This document shows positions 39,022 through 53,461 of a stretch of DNA of 64,000 bases, in pieces. A program made the translations under genes and the position numbers. The stretch is from Camelus dromedarius (lineage: Eukaryota), in the NCBI RefSeq assembly GCF_036321535.1, contig NC_087436.1, positions 52,020,001 through 52,084,000 on the forward strand, in the 5' to 3' direction. The notes beneath the pieces were generated by a model. That model worked only from the letters and a program-made list of their open reading frames with translations, did no database searches and was not told the DNA's origin. Numbering within the stretch: the first letter of the stretch is position 1; the number at the start of each line of letters is the position of its first letter.

Positions 39022-42000
39022 CGTAGCTACTGATGGTATTTGGTCTCGGCCTTTCTCTCAGAGTTCTGTTTTGTTTTTGGTGTGGATGGGGAGGAGATTT
39101 TTATAGTAGTTGTACGTTAGCAATAGTAATAATACAATGAGCACTTACATTATTCCTCTAAGGGTTAATGATTTGCTCATGTATCTGATCACTGGCCATA
39201 TCAATCCCTATTATTAAATTCTTGGCTTTTAAAAATAAATTCGAATTTTTTTTTTCTGTGATTTTATTTTCCTGCTGTCGTAGTCATCTAATTTGCTTTG
39301 TGGAAGAGACTTAGACACCCTCCAGCTACCAGCCTCACGGATCAGAAAATGGATCTGTGGCAGGGCTTGGGGCGTGATGTGGTCTGGCAGTGTCAGCCAC
39401 AGCTGGTTAGCGCTGTTGGGCGCAGAACTCTGGTCTCTCCCACGATGCCCCACTGCCCTTGTTTGCTTTGTCACCTACTTCCCTCTGCACAACGATGGAG
39501 AACATTGATAATTTCACTTCAGCAGCATGTCAGTACTTTGCAATTTAATTTCTATCGCCTTTATTGGAGTTTAATATATATTTATATACACTTAGTGCAT
39601 TACAACTGTTATTCCTTAGCAATAGATTTGAGTTTTTCCAGCCTGTAGATCACATATTAACTCACTTTTCCCCACTAACCTTTGAATAGAGTAAGCCCTT
39701 AATGTCCTTCTTATTTTGTCCTTGACCTGGCGCTTCCTTCTACTTCTTACATCATATTTGGCAGCGGGGCAGAGGTAATGACCTACAAGGCATGATGTTT
39801 GTTCATTCCATGACTGTCCCTATTCAACTGCTGGGAAAACTTCCCTCCTCTTCCCCCATAATTACCTTTGAATGTCTTTAGACTTGAGAAAGTAGGGTTT
39901 TATGGAGACCACATAATGCTAATGGGAGTCTACCACAGATCTCCATTTTCTACTTCCTGTGGAAAATGGAAGAAAATAGACTGTTTTGAGTTTCTCAAAC
40001 TCACTCCCCTGTGTGGTAGAATCAACCTTTTTCATTATATTTATGCCCAAAGAGCAAACAACATTCTGCTTCCCTCCTTGCTGAGGTTTCTTCCTGGCCA
40101 ACAAATTTCTCAGTTTGAAAATAGAAAGTGTTTCCTACGCCAAAGATGATTATGTCCCAGTTTCTTCTTTCTCACCTAGCACTGAGAGCAAATCCTGGTT
40201 TACGCATCTTTTCATACTGTGTACAGCTGTAGCGTTCCCAAAAAATCGACATGTGCATGTCATAGTTTTAACTCCCTTTGGTCTCCTTAGATACTTCTTC
40301 TTTAGCAGACACTCAAATAGAATCATAAAAAAGTACTGCATCTGGAAGAAACGTTAAGGATAAAAACAGCTCAAGGAGTACAGTGAGAGGAATGGTGGAC
40401 TTGTGACTCATCAACTAGAATAACCGCAGAACAAGTCATTTCAACTCACTGGCCTGTTTTCTCTTTCATAAAATGAGCCAGGTAGCGTGGTACAAGAATT
40501 ACCTGCTCATCACTTTTCTGGGCTTCATTCACTTAAAATTGGTTGTTACTGTTCCCCAGGAGTCTGCCCCAGGTCGGTTTCTAAGTCCCAATTTAAGCTC
40601 TGACCTTGAACGTTCCCTTTCATTTCTCAGAAGTTAGGCTTTGTTCTTCTGTCAGCCTCTGCTGATTTCTGCAGCTTCAAAAACAAGGACAGTTTCATTC
40701 TAGCTTCTTCTAACAATTATTTCCTTGCTTTCAATCCCTGTTTTAAGTATTTGCTTCCAAGGGATTCCCATCCCCTTTTCTTCCATCATTAGAGATTTCT
40801 TAGATCTTTTCCATGTCTCCCAATATTTTTCAGAGCTTGTAATATTACCCTGATTTCTCCACCCCCATTTCACAAAGCACACCCCTTCCCAGCGATCAAC
40901 ATGGTGCCTAATTCAGATCCCAGCTCCGTCACCTTCCAGCCCTGTGACTGTCCAGGTTACCTCCACTCTCTGTGCTTCAGTGTGTGTCTCACAGAATTGT
41001 TGTGGGGATTAAGTGATTTAGTACCTGTAAAGCTCTCACAGCACTGTCTGGCACACGGTCCGCGCTATGATTGCTGGCCATTTTAGGTCACTCTGGCATC
41101 CTGCCCCTGCCCTGCCTCACTGTTCTTCGTGGCCAGCTGAGGGTCTCATCTTCCTCAGGCTTAGGCTGCATATCCTTTTATGTGATTTTGGATCAGGAAG
41201 TACATATAAACTGGCATCCACAGGCTGCCTTTACATACTTTAAATCATGTCTAATCTCATATTTAGGGCTGAGCACATACACTGTATATTCCTCTAGTCC
41301 TAAAAATCATACTCACAGTACTCATGGCTTACTGATGTTGTTAGGAAGCAATGTTGCACTTCAATCTAAGAAAATATTTTAGAGAAGATTTAAACCAGAC
41401 TACTAGCATACATAAGCACAAAAGATTTATTAAGTTCCTTTTTAACAAAATAGAACACACCCAATGACTTTACTGCTGGGTGATTTATTTCCCAACTTCA
41501 ATTAATTCTGTGATATCTTAATGGGAAAAGTTAATTCACCAAGTGATTTGGTTGTTTTGCTTCCTTGAAAAAAAATCTTTTGGGTCATGCTTTAAAAGAG
41601 CTAATGTTTAACAAGTAATACTGAAAGAGCCAATCTTATTGATAAAAACGCAAGTATTTAATAGAGCTGTAACATATCAAGAGTTTAAAAATATAGAGCT
41701 CATCAGATTCAGTGATTTCCAAGCTATTTGTTGACAACACAAGTCGTTTAATGAAATGTTGCTCAAAGCTTCATTATTATGCATAAATCCAAATATAAAA
41801 CAGAGAGGCCCTGGTTGACAGAAGGGTGATGCCTTCCTTCCATGTGACCAGAGACCATGCAGAGTAGGAAACATCCAGCTAGAGTTCTCCTTCTGCCCCT
41901 GAAGAAACTGAGACTCAAAGAGGTTGTTTTCATTACAAGGACATTCAGCTAGTTAATAGCTGAACTGGGAGTAGAAATCAGCCGCATTAACTCCTCTCTG

Positions 42001-44089
42001 AACATCATTTCCGTAGTCCATTCCACGTTCATCCTATCAAATTACCGCTGTGGTTATCTGTCATTATTTGGAAAATCATACGTTTAACAGCTGCGACTAT
42101 GTGATTAGATTGATCTCGATTCAGATTCTGGATCTGCCTGTTTTGTTACTTAAGTAACTTGAAGGTTCTGCTCCTTATCTTACAGATAAGATTTTCTTCT
42201 GCAAAGTAGGAATGATACCGATGGTGTATATACCTCAGTGTGTTTTTGTTAATGCTGTTACACCAATAAATATTATCATTAGCATTGATATGGTCATTGT
42301 GAATAGTGTTATATTCAGTTAGCTAATTATTAAGGCAGGAATTTCTTTGATTGAAAAATTAAAATTAAGCTTAATTAAATTAAATTGGATGAAAAACCTC
42401 TTCCCCAAACTGTTATTTAAAACTTATGCTCACAGAGGATTATTATCATCATATCTATATCTGTATCTCTGTCTATATAAATCCTGACATCACTGCCTTT
42501 CCTGATGCATGCGTGTGATTTAAATATATCAACACTGTTTTTTAGCCGTTAATAAAAATGCAGATTGCTAAAGCTGGGTATGACTGTAGAATCACCTAAT
42601 GTTTTATTTTACTGTTGCAAAAAATAGGCCCACTAAAGTTTGGATTTTTTTCATCAGCGTACCAGGTTTGCAAGATCTTGTAGTACATCCAAACGCTGCC
42701 TTCTCCCTCCTACTACAGGCTAAATAAACATGCTGCTCACCACAGGTCCAAATGTTACTACTCATAGCATTGTAGCTGGGCTTACAGGACATTTCCACGT
42801 ACCCCAGCCCACGCCCCACTCCCCACTACACACACATACACACACAACCAAAAACAATCAGCCAAACAAAAGCCTTGTTCTCTTAAGTCCCAAAAGCTAT
42901 TGTCAGTCCCCAGAATCTGTCTTCCAGCTCTCAGCCATGTTGTCACCCTGGCCCTGTGGCTCTGCTCCTACACAAAGAGGCAAAAATTGGGTAAAGGAGT
43001 CCGAGAAGGGAAGTAGGCATGTGGGTTATCTGTGTATATATGGGTTATCATAAATCTGGGGCTGCTGAATTTAAATGTCCAGGTAACTGTGCCTCGGTGC
43101 AAGGAAATCTAATGTATAGCTGTATAGTAAATTGGTTTTATTAGTCTGAATAGTGGTAATAATGCAGTGTTGCAGTTTTGTAAACTTTTTTTATAGGATG
43201 ATTATAAAATGTATTAAAGTGATGCCATGGCTTTTAGAAAGAAGGAGAATTTGGAGACTTAGGTTTAATAAGTCTTAGGGGAATGAGAAAGCAAATGAAC
43301 TCCTGCTGTAAGTTAGAGCCTGTCCTGATTTAAAGATGAAATCTGCCCCCCTTTGCCTTAGTGAACAAGGTGATTTCATGGAAATACACAGGTCTGCACT
43401 TCCCAAGACTCACCGTAAAAGGGGCCACATGACTCAGAAGGAATCTGAATGGAGGAGGGGGACAGAGAGTCCCTTTCAAGATTTTAAGGGGAGGGGGAAG
43501 CAGGAATAACATTTTAGGGATATTTAGTCACGAGGGAACTGTGACTAACAGTATGTCTTAGTCACAATGCTGGGCACTTTTATACATGTTTTCATATTCA
43601 AGACCTTTAATAGCACTGAAATTCAGTAATAAATTTAGCACCAACTTCATGCCCAACACTATTCTGAGTGCTTGGGTTGTATCAGTGAATAGAAGGCAAG
43701 ACCAGTGTATGTCTCTCTAGGCTGAAGCTCACAGATCTGAAGCAGCTTGCTTAAAGCTAAAACTAGAAGTGTCAGAAAAGAGGTTTGAAAACAGGTCTCT
43801 GATTCCACAGTCCAAGGGAACTGTAGCATGGGACTGTAGCATGAATTGCCAGACACGCTTACGTTGAGTTGCCCACAACATATGGCAGATAATACCTCTG
43901 CTGACTGTCTCATGGGCTTCTTGTGAGAATCAAGTGGTAATTTGGATTTGATAGGTTTTAGCTTCTTTCCTCCTGTCTCCCACTGACCTCTGTTAGCACT
44001 TGGATAGAGCATTGACACTCTGGGTTAAGTCTGTTTACAAGAATGACTTCTCCAGTAGAAAAAGCACGTCTTCAGTCTACAATCTTGTC

Positions 44090-44290
44090 ACTGGCTCATT
44101 CAATCAGTCACTGGGTCGACAAATATGTATTGAGTGCAGCCACACATTAGGCACTGTGCTAAATATGGGGTGCCAGGGTAAACCAGAGACATGTTTATTT
44201 TCATATGATCCTTACCTCCTAGCAGAGATGGATATTAAACAAATTACACAACTGTTTATATTTATGATAAGCATAACTGAGGAAAAATAG
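44090..44290 (-). mobile_element. L2 3' end
   Basis: cattcaatcagtca...caaatatgtattgagtgc...aggcactgtgctaaatatggg. Confidence 0.6.
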
Positions 44291-44489
44291 AGATGCATCT
44301 GTCTCCCAGATCTGCACCTATTTACCAAATAAGTTAGTAAATTAATGAATGATGAGGATAAATTCCTCTACAAAGTGGCAACAGAACTAGAGACTTGAGC
44401 ATCATGCCGGGGTTCAGAACCCAGCCCTGCTGATCAGTGAGCTTTGAGGCTTGATGCAAGTTTCTCAGCCTCCCATGTTCCTGTTTCTT

Positions 44490-44628
44490 TTTGAGGGGCA
44501 GAGGGAGGGAGGTAATTAGGTTTATTTATGTATTTATTTTAATTTTTTTAATGGAGGTACTGGAGATTGAACCCAGGACCTGGTACATGCTAAGCACGTG
44601 CTCTACTACTGACCATGTACCCTCCCCA
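44490..44628 (-). mobile_element. tRNA-Ala-derived SINE, camelid Vic-1-like, copy 3, apparently inserted in an older MIR
   Basis: Same body as copies 1 and 2. 17-bp TSD ccatgttcctgtttctt (44473-44489) / ccatgttcttatttctt (44629-44645), 2 mismatches. Confidence 0.88.
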
Positions 44629-44844
44629 CCATGTTCTTATTTCTTGCAGGACAAGAATAATAAATACTTAATGTAAGGGCAGAATGAAGGAATATTGGGA
44701 GACAGTTTACAGCAGTGCGAGAGATAATTAAGTGCAGAGGAAGATCTAGCCAGTGTTATGATTACTACCATGATCAGGTAGTAAAACTTTTTAGGAAATT
44801 CTTTTACCCAAAACCTTCGCCTACGCTGTTAACCTTCTCCTAAG

Positions 44845-45010
44845 GGTTTGCTCTTAAACGGGAGTGTGCCTCAGAACCAACCATAGGGCTTTCAAGAAAC
44901 ATGTTTCCAAGCCCCAGCTGAGAAGATTCTTATTTGGTAAGTCTGAATTGAGCTCTACATTTCAAAAACTTCATAGATCACCCTGCTCCACAGTCCAAGG
45001 TAAAAACTGG
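44845..45010. mobile_element. MER5B-like MITE
   Basis: tgcctcagaaccaacc...agattcttatttggtaagtctg...; diverged. Confidence 0.5.
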
Positions 45011-46704
45011 TGGCTTTAAAGGAATACAGAGAGGAGGTGACACACATGACAGAGCAGGATGTCAGCTACTGACAACTGTCCCAGGACTTTGCTCTGTGTA
45101 CCTGCCCTTGCGTAAGTATTAATAGGTGCTTGGGGAAATGTGATCAGTAAGCCAAGCAAATACATATCTAAGAATTTCTGTAGCCTAGTTAATTCTTTTC
45201 CCAAATGGGATTTAATTTTTAACATTTTTTTCAAAATACAAAAATGATTTATTAAATGGCAAATGAGTATGAGTAGCCTAGAATGTGAGCTACTGAGGGA
45301 CAGAGATTCTGGTCAGTGTCACTGATGCATCGGTCTATGGCACGAGCTCAATGAATAGGAGCTGAAGTGAATTGAGTGGATTTTGAGAGCCTTAAGATAT
45401 TTTGGAAGGAATAGAAGGATGAAGGAATTCCTGTGCAGGAAATTTCTAGCGAGGGGCGATGAAACATACACTGATTTTTCTATTGATTCTCTGAGTAAAA
45501 TCCTGATGTCTAGGAAAGGTGCGGAGACATTCAAGTATCGACGTCAGGTGGGAGGCTGATTGGAGCATGGTGGCCAGTGCACATGTCAAAGTCTCATTTT
45601 TTTCCACCACCTCTCCCCTCACCCTCTTGGTCCTTTGCCCCAGCTCTTAGCTCCTTTTCAATTAGTTAAGTTCTATTTAATTACTTGAACTGACATATAA
45701 AATGTTTATTGCGTTCTGTTTCAGTTCTGCCTGATGTTCGTGTCTGTTATGTGGTTAACTGGGGCTGAGTTTTGTCATGAGGAATTACAGCCTTGAGAGT
45801 CGGGGGGTTAAAGCTCAGCAGCGCAGGTGCTTTGCCATGTGTTCTGGCCTTTGATCCCTAGAGGTGATTTTCAGTAAGAAGCAGAAGGATATTTTTCCAG
45901 TTTTCTGTGTAGTTTTATATAATTATGGAAAAAAAATAATGTCTCGAGGGCTTTAAATAACTGAGATTTTGAGTGATTTGTTTTAAGGCTACTATTCTTT
46001 GGTGATTGCAATGGGTAACCCAGAAATTCTAAATTATTGTCTGCAGGTCATTTAAAGTCACTGTTGTATCATGTGTTATGGTTCTTAATTGGGCTGTGGT
46101 GAGGATGATGTAGAGCAGAAACTGCTAGAAAATAAACAAGGGGTTTTACTTGGAAAACTGTAGCAATAAGGGCAATGAGCCAAACAACTTGGGGCTGCCC
46201 AATAAGTCTCTGCCTCCATTCAAAATAAGCTGCGTGGCACTCCCTGTAAAATGAGCAGTCTTTTCAGAATCACCATTGACTTCCGAAATTTCAGAGGGTA
46301 AAAATCACCAGCATACCTTGAAAGCACGGCTTTTAAAGGATATCTGAATCAACAGTTGTTAAAAGTGCTTGTCATGGATTGTTTTAATGTTGCAAAGTCA
46401 TCACATACTAGAGTCAGCATTAAAAAGGTGTTTACTGCTTTTGGTTGTTAGCATTCGCTTAAGCAATCCCTGCCTTCTAGCAGTTTGTCATCAAGTGCTG
46501 CAGACATATTATGTTCACGTGTAGCAAGGTCAAAACCATCAAAGCTGTCCGTTGGCGTTTAGTAACTGTCTCTTCCTGCACGCCACATCTTTGTAGGCCT
46601 GTGACCAGTTTATATCCATCTCTAAGGCTATTTAGCACATACGTGCCATCACTGTGATTGCTTTTCAACTTTGGGATAAAAATCAGAGGCTATTAGCTGT
46701 TCCC

Positions 46705-46827
46705 CAGGGCTGCAGCCTCTGGCTGGACAGGTATGCACTACACACATCATGACACGGCAGTCTAGGTGACCAGCGTCCTCTGCACTGGTGGAGGGCACAA
46801 CATGCATGATCCTTTGTGGCAGCTCTG
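46705..46827. mobile_element. MER91-like hAT-Tip100 MITE
   Basis: Imperfect terminal inverted repeats CAGGGCTGC...GCAGCTCTG with internal tgcactacaca / gcacaacatgca. Confidence 0.6.
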
Positions 46828-47539
46828 GACATGAACACCATTTTTTTCTTGTCACCACTGCTAATTGAGCACCTTTTCTGGGCACTGTGCTGAATCCATG
46901 TAGAAAGGACAAATGATGAATTGCACCCAGCAGCTTTATTAGGAATTCAGTTTCCTGAAATTGCCTACACATGATTATCACACTAGACACTCAGTCTGGT
47001 CTTCAGTGAGCAGGCAAGCCTGGTTGTTGACTCTTGTCTCTAGATATAATTGCTTAGTTGCTTATCTGCAGTTCGTTATTGCAATTAATTGCCCTTGTGG
47101 AAAGATGAGTGTGTCAATTTCCTGTTTGCAGTTGTTATTAAAGTCTACAAGATACCTTTATTGTTGTTTTATTTAATGCATAGTATTGATCACCCAGCAA
47201 ATCAGTGTAAAGGGGAAGATAAAATTAGCAAGAACTAGTTTCTAGGGTTGACCATTGCTTTATCAGGCTAAGATGCTGGATTTGGCAGATGCATCATTGT
47301 ATCTGTATAAGCAGATGTAGCAGATGCAGAAGACTTGGTGTAAACATCTAACATAGTATTTCAAGATTTTACTTTGTCTGGGTAGGATGGCACAACTCCT
47401 AAAAACCAAAGAGTAGTGTCTCTGTTTTTAATAGATAAAATTTAGTTTTCTAGTATCTGAACTTTTTTTTTTCCCGCCATTAGCCAATTTTTAGTTTTTC
47501 TCTTTTTGGACCTTTTGGCAAGTTGACATTCCCTTTTCC

Positions 47540-48740
47540 TTCCAATATGTTCTTCACTTGGTTTTCAGTCTGCTCACTCTCTGTTTTCCCTTAACTCACA
47601 GCCATTTTTTCTTAGTCTCCTTGGTGGTTCTCCCTCCTCTTAAGAGTGTTCAAGCTTTCTTCCTTAGACTGCTTCTCTCCCCTCTCTTCAGGTACTCCCT
47701 TCAGACATCTTGTCTGTTCTCTTGCTTTCAAAGCCATCCTCGGTCGAATGCTTCCTAAATATTTGCGTCTCCAGCCCAGACCTCTCTTCTAAGGCCAACC
47801 TCATATTTCTAACGGCTTACTTATTTCCGGCTATCTGTGTAAGAGACATCTCATATGTAAGCATGTCCGAAACCACACTCCTGACCTTCCTTCATAAATC
47901 TGCTCTTCCTACTGTCCTTGGTACACAACAACTATATTCCTGTCATATTCCTTTTATGTCCTGTGTAGGCTCTGTCTTTAAAGCATGCTCAGATTTGATC
48001 GTGTCTTATCCCCTCCACCTCTGCCCTGGCCTGGGCTGACCTGCCGTGCCCTGACCTGGCACTGACTGCTGCAGTGGCCCCTGTCTAAGGTTCTCCAGCT
48101 TCTCCCTTGCTTTGCATTCTCAACTCAGCAGTCATTGTTGTCCTGGTAAAACGTAAGTAGGATCCTACTACTCTCCCGCTCAGTCCCTTCCCACTACAGG
48201 GGGAGGCTGAGGGACTAGTGCCTGCCTTCATCTTTTAAGGCTTTACAGATGAGGACTCCTCTCCCTTCCTGTTCATGTTTCTCTTTAATTACATCTCCAA
48301 CTCCTCTCCTTCTCATACATTCAGGTCCACCACGCTGGCCTCCCTTCTGTTCCTCACCCATGCTCTGTCCTCGCTGGAGTGCCCTTAGGCCATATTTCCA
48401 TCCAGTCCTCCCCTCCTTTGTGTCTCTGCTTAGAAGTTGCTTTCTCAGTGAGACCTTCCTTGACCACCCTATAGAACGTGGGGCTCCTATCCACCCCCAC
48501 TCACCGCCTCTCAGGTGCTTGCGATCATGCTCTCTTATCTTCCTCCATTACACTTATCCAATGATACACTTTGTAGCACAGTTTTTATTTTGTTTATTAT
48601 CTCTCTTTCTCACTAGAATGTAAGCTCAAGGAAAGCAGGAGTATTTAATTTTCTTTTCTCATTACTCTGTTCCCAGTGCCTAGAATAGTATCTGGAATAT
48701 GCGTGATTCTTTGTAGATACTTGTGCACTCAGTGAATAAT
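47540..48740 (+). mobile_element. L2 3' fragment
   Basis: Pyrimidine-rich body (tctccagcccagacctctc, tcagtgagaccttccttgacc) ending ctagaatgtaagctc...cccagtgcctagaatagt...tgaat. Confidence 0.8.
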
Positions 48741-51700
48741 GACTTACATATTTACCAAACCCTTCTTTGATGCTTTATATCAGAGCTATCCAGCTGAACA
48801 AAACTGACTCTCTGGTAACCATGTGGCTGGGATTTACCCCAGATGACATGCTTCTCTATGTGCATCCAGAAGCAGTTTGCTCTTAAGTTACCAAGATCCC
48901 CTGTAGTGATGACAAGAATCATCACCTCTGTTGCCCAGTAAACACTGTGGCTTCTCAGTTTCCTCAAAATGACTGCCATGCATAGAACCTAACAAATTAT
49001 TTCCCCTACATAAATGTGCTTTAGCATTTGTCCCACTTCCTTCAATTAATGATCCTCTAAATAACATATTCAGTTGAAAGCAAGGGACTTCAGAGTTTGA
49101 CTTAAGGCAAATCATTTTTTTCACTTAATTTTGTCTTGAATTCAGGTTAAAATGTTCAGTTGCAGGTATAATTAATAAGGAGAGGCAATAATAAGGAGAG
49201 GAGACTGGCCCTGGGCTATTATTTCAATTTTTAAAATTGTCTTATTGTTCTCTAATAATCTAGTTCTTATTAACATCAACAGTACAAGGTAAATAAGTCA
49301 AATCAGTGTTTTGGCTTAGAGACAATATAGTAGCAGGTGCTCAAGTGTATTAATGTACCTTAAGGAAATTTAAAACGTAGCAGCAGTCAATAAACATGTT
49401 CATGTTATTAATGTTGCTTAGGGATCTTTGAGGTGTAAGATCTTTTTATCCATCTTTTAAATGATGGGCTGGGTACTTTGGGATGATTGACTTAGTAGAA
49501 AGGAACGACCAATGTGAGAATCCAAAATCTTGGAACATAGTCTCTAAAGAAATGAGCTGCACGATGTGGGCTCGTGGTGGTAGGCGGGACATGACACGTG
49601 GCGTGCCGTGGAGCCTGCCCCTTGTAAATACGACCTCAGCAATAAGAAGCTGAACTCAGAAGTGTTTTTTCTCTTTTCTTCTCTCGTTTAGCTCTTCTCT
49701 GGAGGAAAGAGTGTGTTCAGGGAAAAATGTCGTTAGGAAGCAAAAAGAATTGGCTAAAATCAATAAACATGGAATGTCTTTATTGAGACTGAGTTTTGCA
49801 AGATGAAAATGTGCTGGGTTGGGTTGGAGGAACAGTGCACTGTACTCCTCCAGTGGGGCAGCTGTATGCTATTTGGGCACAAAAATGGGTTAGGAGACAC
49901 CATTGGACTGCATACTTCAAAAAAGCTAAGGTATGATTGGTGGAGGTGAAAGGAAAAACTCAGCTGGGTCTGGAAGAGACTATGTTGGTGTTTGATTGCC
50001 TGCAGTGAGAGGACTTTCTTTGCCTAGGAGTGCTTCCTTAAGTGGTCTAAATGTTTGTTGTGTATATCTTATCCTAAAATACCTCAAAGGCAGAATATGT
50101 ACGCAAATTCAAGTTCAGTTAATCTGCTAAATTAATATGTGTTCCAGCTTCTACCCAGTTGTATTCTTATCACCCCCTTCCCCAAACTTAAGTTTTGAAA
50201 TTTTACTTAACTAATTTACCAACTCTGCAGTCTTCTATCTTTGTTCCTTCTATCATTGTATCATCCATCTACCTTTCTCTTAATTAACCAGGTGAGACGA
50301 GTGTTATTTAACATAAAAATTGTTTATTGTGTTGTCATTATTAAGGAGAGCACATGGAGAGATGATAGAGAGCCTGGCTGTCACTACAAAAAAAAAAAAA
50401 AAAAAACCCAATGTCAGTTTAAGTATATTTCAATCATATTACTTGATAAATTCCTTTTATTTTAATGTACAAATGCCCACTGTCTCATAAAGGACTGCTC
50501 TGTGCACGTGTACGGCCAGTCATCTTGAGAGCAGCTAAATTTTTGTTGATGTACATACACGTTTTGTATTTTTTGGATAGCTTAGAGAGTATGGATATCA
50601 AAGAACAAAGCAATTTTAGATGTTTAAGAACTTTTCTTCTTATTTTGGGATAAAGTAATATGAGAAAAGGGCTTAATATCAAATTTTAAAAAGTTAAGAA
50701 TTAAACCTGACTGGACAAAAGATTAAGTACTACATAAAGCACATTAAGTAGGGGGTGGATGGGTGAAAGATTGAATGTTTGAGAATTAACATAGCAAATA
50801 ACTAACTGTTTGCACGGAGGATAATTATGTACTCTATGTTAACAAATGGCATTATTTCATGTTGTTGAATCCCCAACCTGAGATGTTTGGGAGAAAGAAT
50901 TTGCAATTATGCAAAGAGAATTGTGGAATAAGGAAGGGGGTGTGACAGGAAACCATGCAGAGGAGTTCCTTACTGTCTTACTAGTGGTAAACGAAACGTA
51001 AACAATAAATGCACTAAAGTTACATAAGCAAGTTAATAAAGAATGTTAGAAGGTGATAAGCAGCACAGAAATAGAAAAAGTAGAGTGGGCTAAGGGAGTG
51101 TCAGGGTGAGAGGAGGAGGCATTAATAAAAGGGTAGTTAGAAGAAGCCTCCTTGAGAAGTAGGGATTTGAGCAGATTTGAAATAGGTGAGGAGGTAGCCC
51201 AGGAGATCCGTGGAGAAGGGGCATTCAGATAATTTTTGTTGAATGAACAGAAGTGGGTTTCAGGGACCACTTGCTTCAGAACTAGACAGAGTCCTGTGAA
51301 GCGCAGGTTCACTGGGCACCTTGCGTGTGGAAGTGGAATCCGTGGGGTATCAGCGTCTGCGTTCCTCACAGATGCACCCCAAGTGCTTCTTCCACACGCT
51401 CCACGTGAGAGCTTCCGGAAGTCAGTCCTTTCACTCTGTCATAGAGCAAACTGAGGAAACCAAGGCTAAATGGTTTGCTCAAGGTCACAGGGCTCATGAC
51501 TGACCAGAAAGTAGAGCCCAAGTGGTCAGGCTCTGAGAAGTTAATTAGTTTCTTTACTTCCTCTAGTTTCAATGTATAGGAAGCAGGGAAATAATTCAGC
51601 TGCCAGTTTTTGTTTTTGTTTTTGTTTTTCCCTGTAGATGGTTGATTTGGAATCCATTTCTCGTTGTCATTTCTGCATTACTAATCCTACCAACATTAAT

Positions 51701-53314
51701 TCACATTCTGGATTTGCCCCATTGTTTTTATTGTTTTCCCTAACTGATAGATCTAATTAAAATTAATTTTTGAAATGCTTGTCAATGTCTGTGGACTTCC
51801 GATGTTTTCTTATTTCACTGAATAGAGCTGTGATAAAGAACTTACTCCACCTAATAGAGCCTCCTGAAACTTAATGTATTTTCCTAAGAGTGCTTTCCCC
51901 TGCCCCCTAGCGCAGCAGCCATTTTCACAAACCATTGCGACTCTTTGGAAATATCAGATTCTTGGACTTCCCATTCATTTATTTTCTGCAGAGTGTCAAA
52001 GGAATAGAAATCTGTTGTTTTGCTAACTGATATATTTTGCCTTTTTTTTTTTTTCTTTTTCAAGAGATGTGGACTGTAAAGGTAGCATTTTCCTGCAGAA
52101 TGCATGTATAGCCAAGTGCAGACTTTTGCCCAGGAGAGAGATGAGCTTGCCTGCTTCAGAGCAGCTCCTATTGTGGTGTGCTGGTGAAGACACTGGCGTC
52201 CCTGTTCTTTTGGGAGCAAATGAGTTTTCTCTTACATCCTAACGCCATCTGTTCCTTTTCCTAGATTCTTCAGAAATTTGCCACTGTAGTTAAATTTGTT
52301 CAGAATCCTTTACACCAAGTATTGTAGGATCTCCACAGCTCTCACCTTTATGTTGTTAAAAGGGATTTTAGGATTGTGTAAACAGATTGTCAGTTGAGCA
52401 TTTTTCCTTAATGTCTATATTTAAATAATTCGTGGAACTGCCAATCTTCTAGAACTAATGAATCCTTTCCCATTTGGCAACAGACAGCTGACTACCAGCC
52501 CCTTCCCATCTGATGAATGTTCCCATAGCATCACTAAGGCAATCTGTTTAATTTCACTAACTACCAAAAGTATAGCTGGAGAAAATACATAATGTATTAT
52601 ACCGTATTATAGCACCTAGTGAAAGGACTCATGGGTGATTGAATTCATTGTGATGGTGGTATGTGTGTTGGGAGGGTGTGTTCAAATAATCAATGAAAAG
52701 ATTTCTATTTCTTTTTATAAGGGAGGAAAAGAAACCCTTGAAATCAAAGTCATTATTTTGAATTTTAACAAGGATTCAGACTTACTCTTATGTTAGCAGA
52801 CCTAAATTTCCAGAGCTCATGTCCTCTGTATTCCTTAAACCTGCCCCCTTATTATCTGTGTGGAAACTTTCACTCACATACATATTCTGAAGAACACTTT
52901 CATTTCTCAGATTAGAAAAAAAATTTTTAAAGAACAAATACACTCTGGATATGCAAAAATCAGAAATGTCTGTTGATTTCTGAAAATCAAAAGTGTGCCA
53001 CCATCCTTTTCTATGTCAAAGATGTTTGCTGTTCGAGAGGTTGATGTGGCTGTTTTAGGCAACCCAAGTAAAAATCTGGTTTCACAGAAACACAAGGGGG
53101 GGTCATTAATTATTTTGCAAGAAATATTTTGCTTCTCAAGAATTTACTGTAGTTAACTTTTAGTGAGCTTTCTCTTTGCATTTAACATGATTGGACTGCC
53201 ACATGTTTTATTTGTACATAAATTTGGAGACATTTTTTGATCTGGTTGATGAATATTAAAGTTCAAAGAAAGTAAAGAAATCACGTTGGCCATTCCCCTG
53301 CTCCTTTTTTTTTA

Positions 53315-53461
53315 ATTAAAAAATATTTTTTAATTTAACTCAACGTATCCCAAATAATGTCATTTAATATGTAAGCAATATAAAAAATTATTGAGACACT
53401 TTACATTCTTTTTTTTTCCCCACATTAGATTTGAAATCTGGTGCATAGATTACACTTACAG
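53315..53461 (+). mobile_element. MER33 internal fragment
   Basis: atatgtaagcaatataaaaaattattgagacactttacattc...gaaatctggtg...tacacttacag, similar to 17555-17640. Confidence 0.7.

Noticed and set aside
47558..48623. Several 66-124 aa ORFs
   Set aside because: They lie in a decayed L2; composition reflects pyrimidine bias.
49173..49201. 13-bp direct repeat taataaggagagg
   Set aside because: Ordinary micro-duplication; no array structure.
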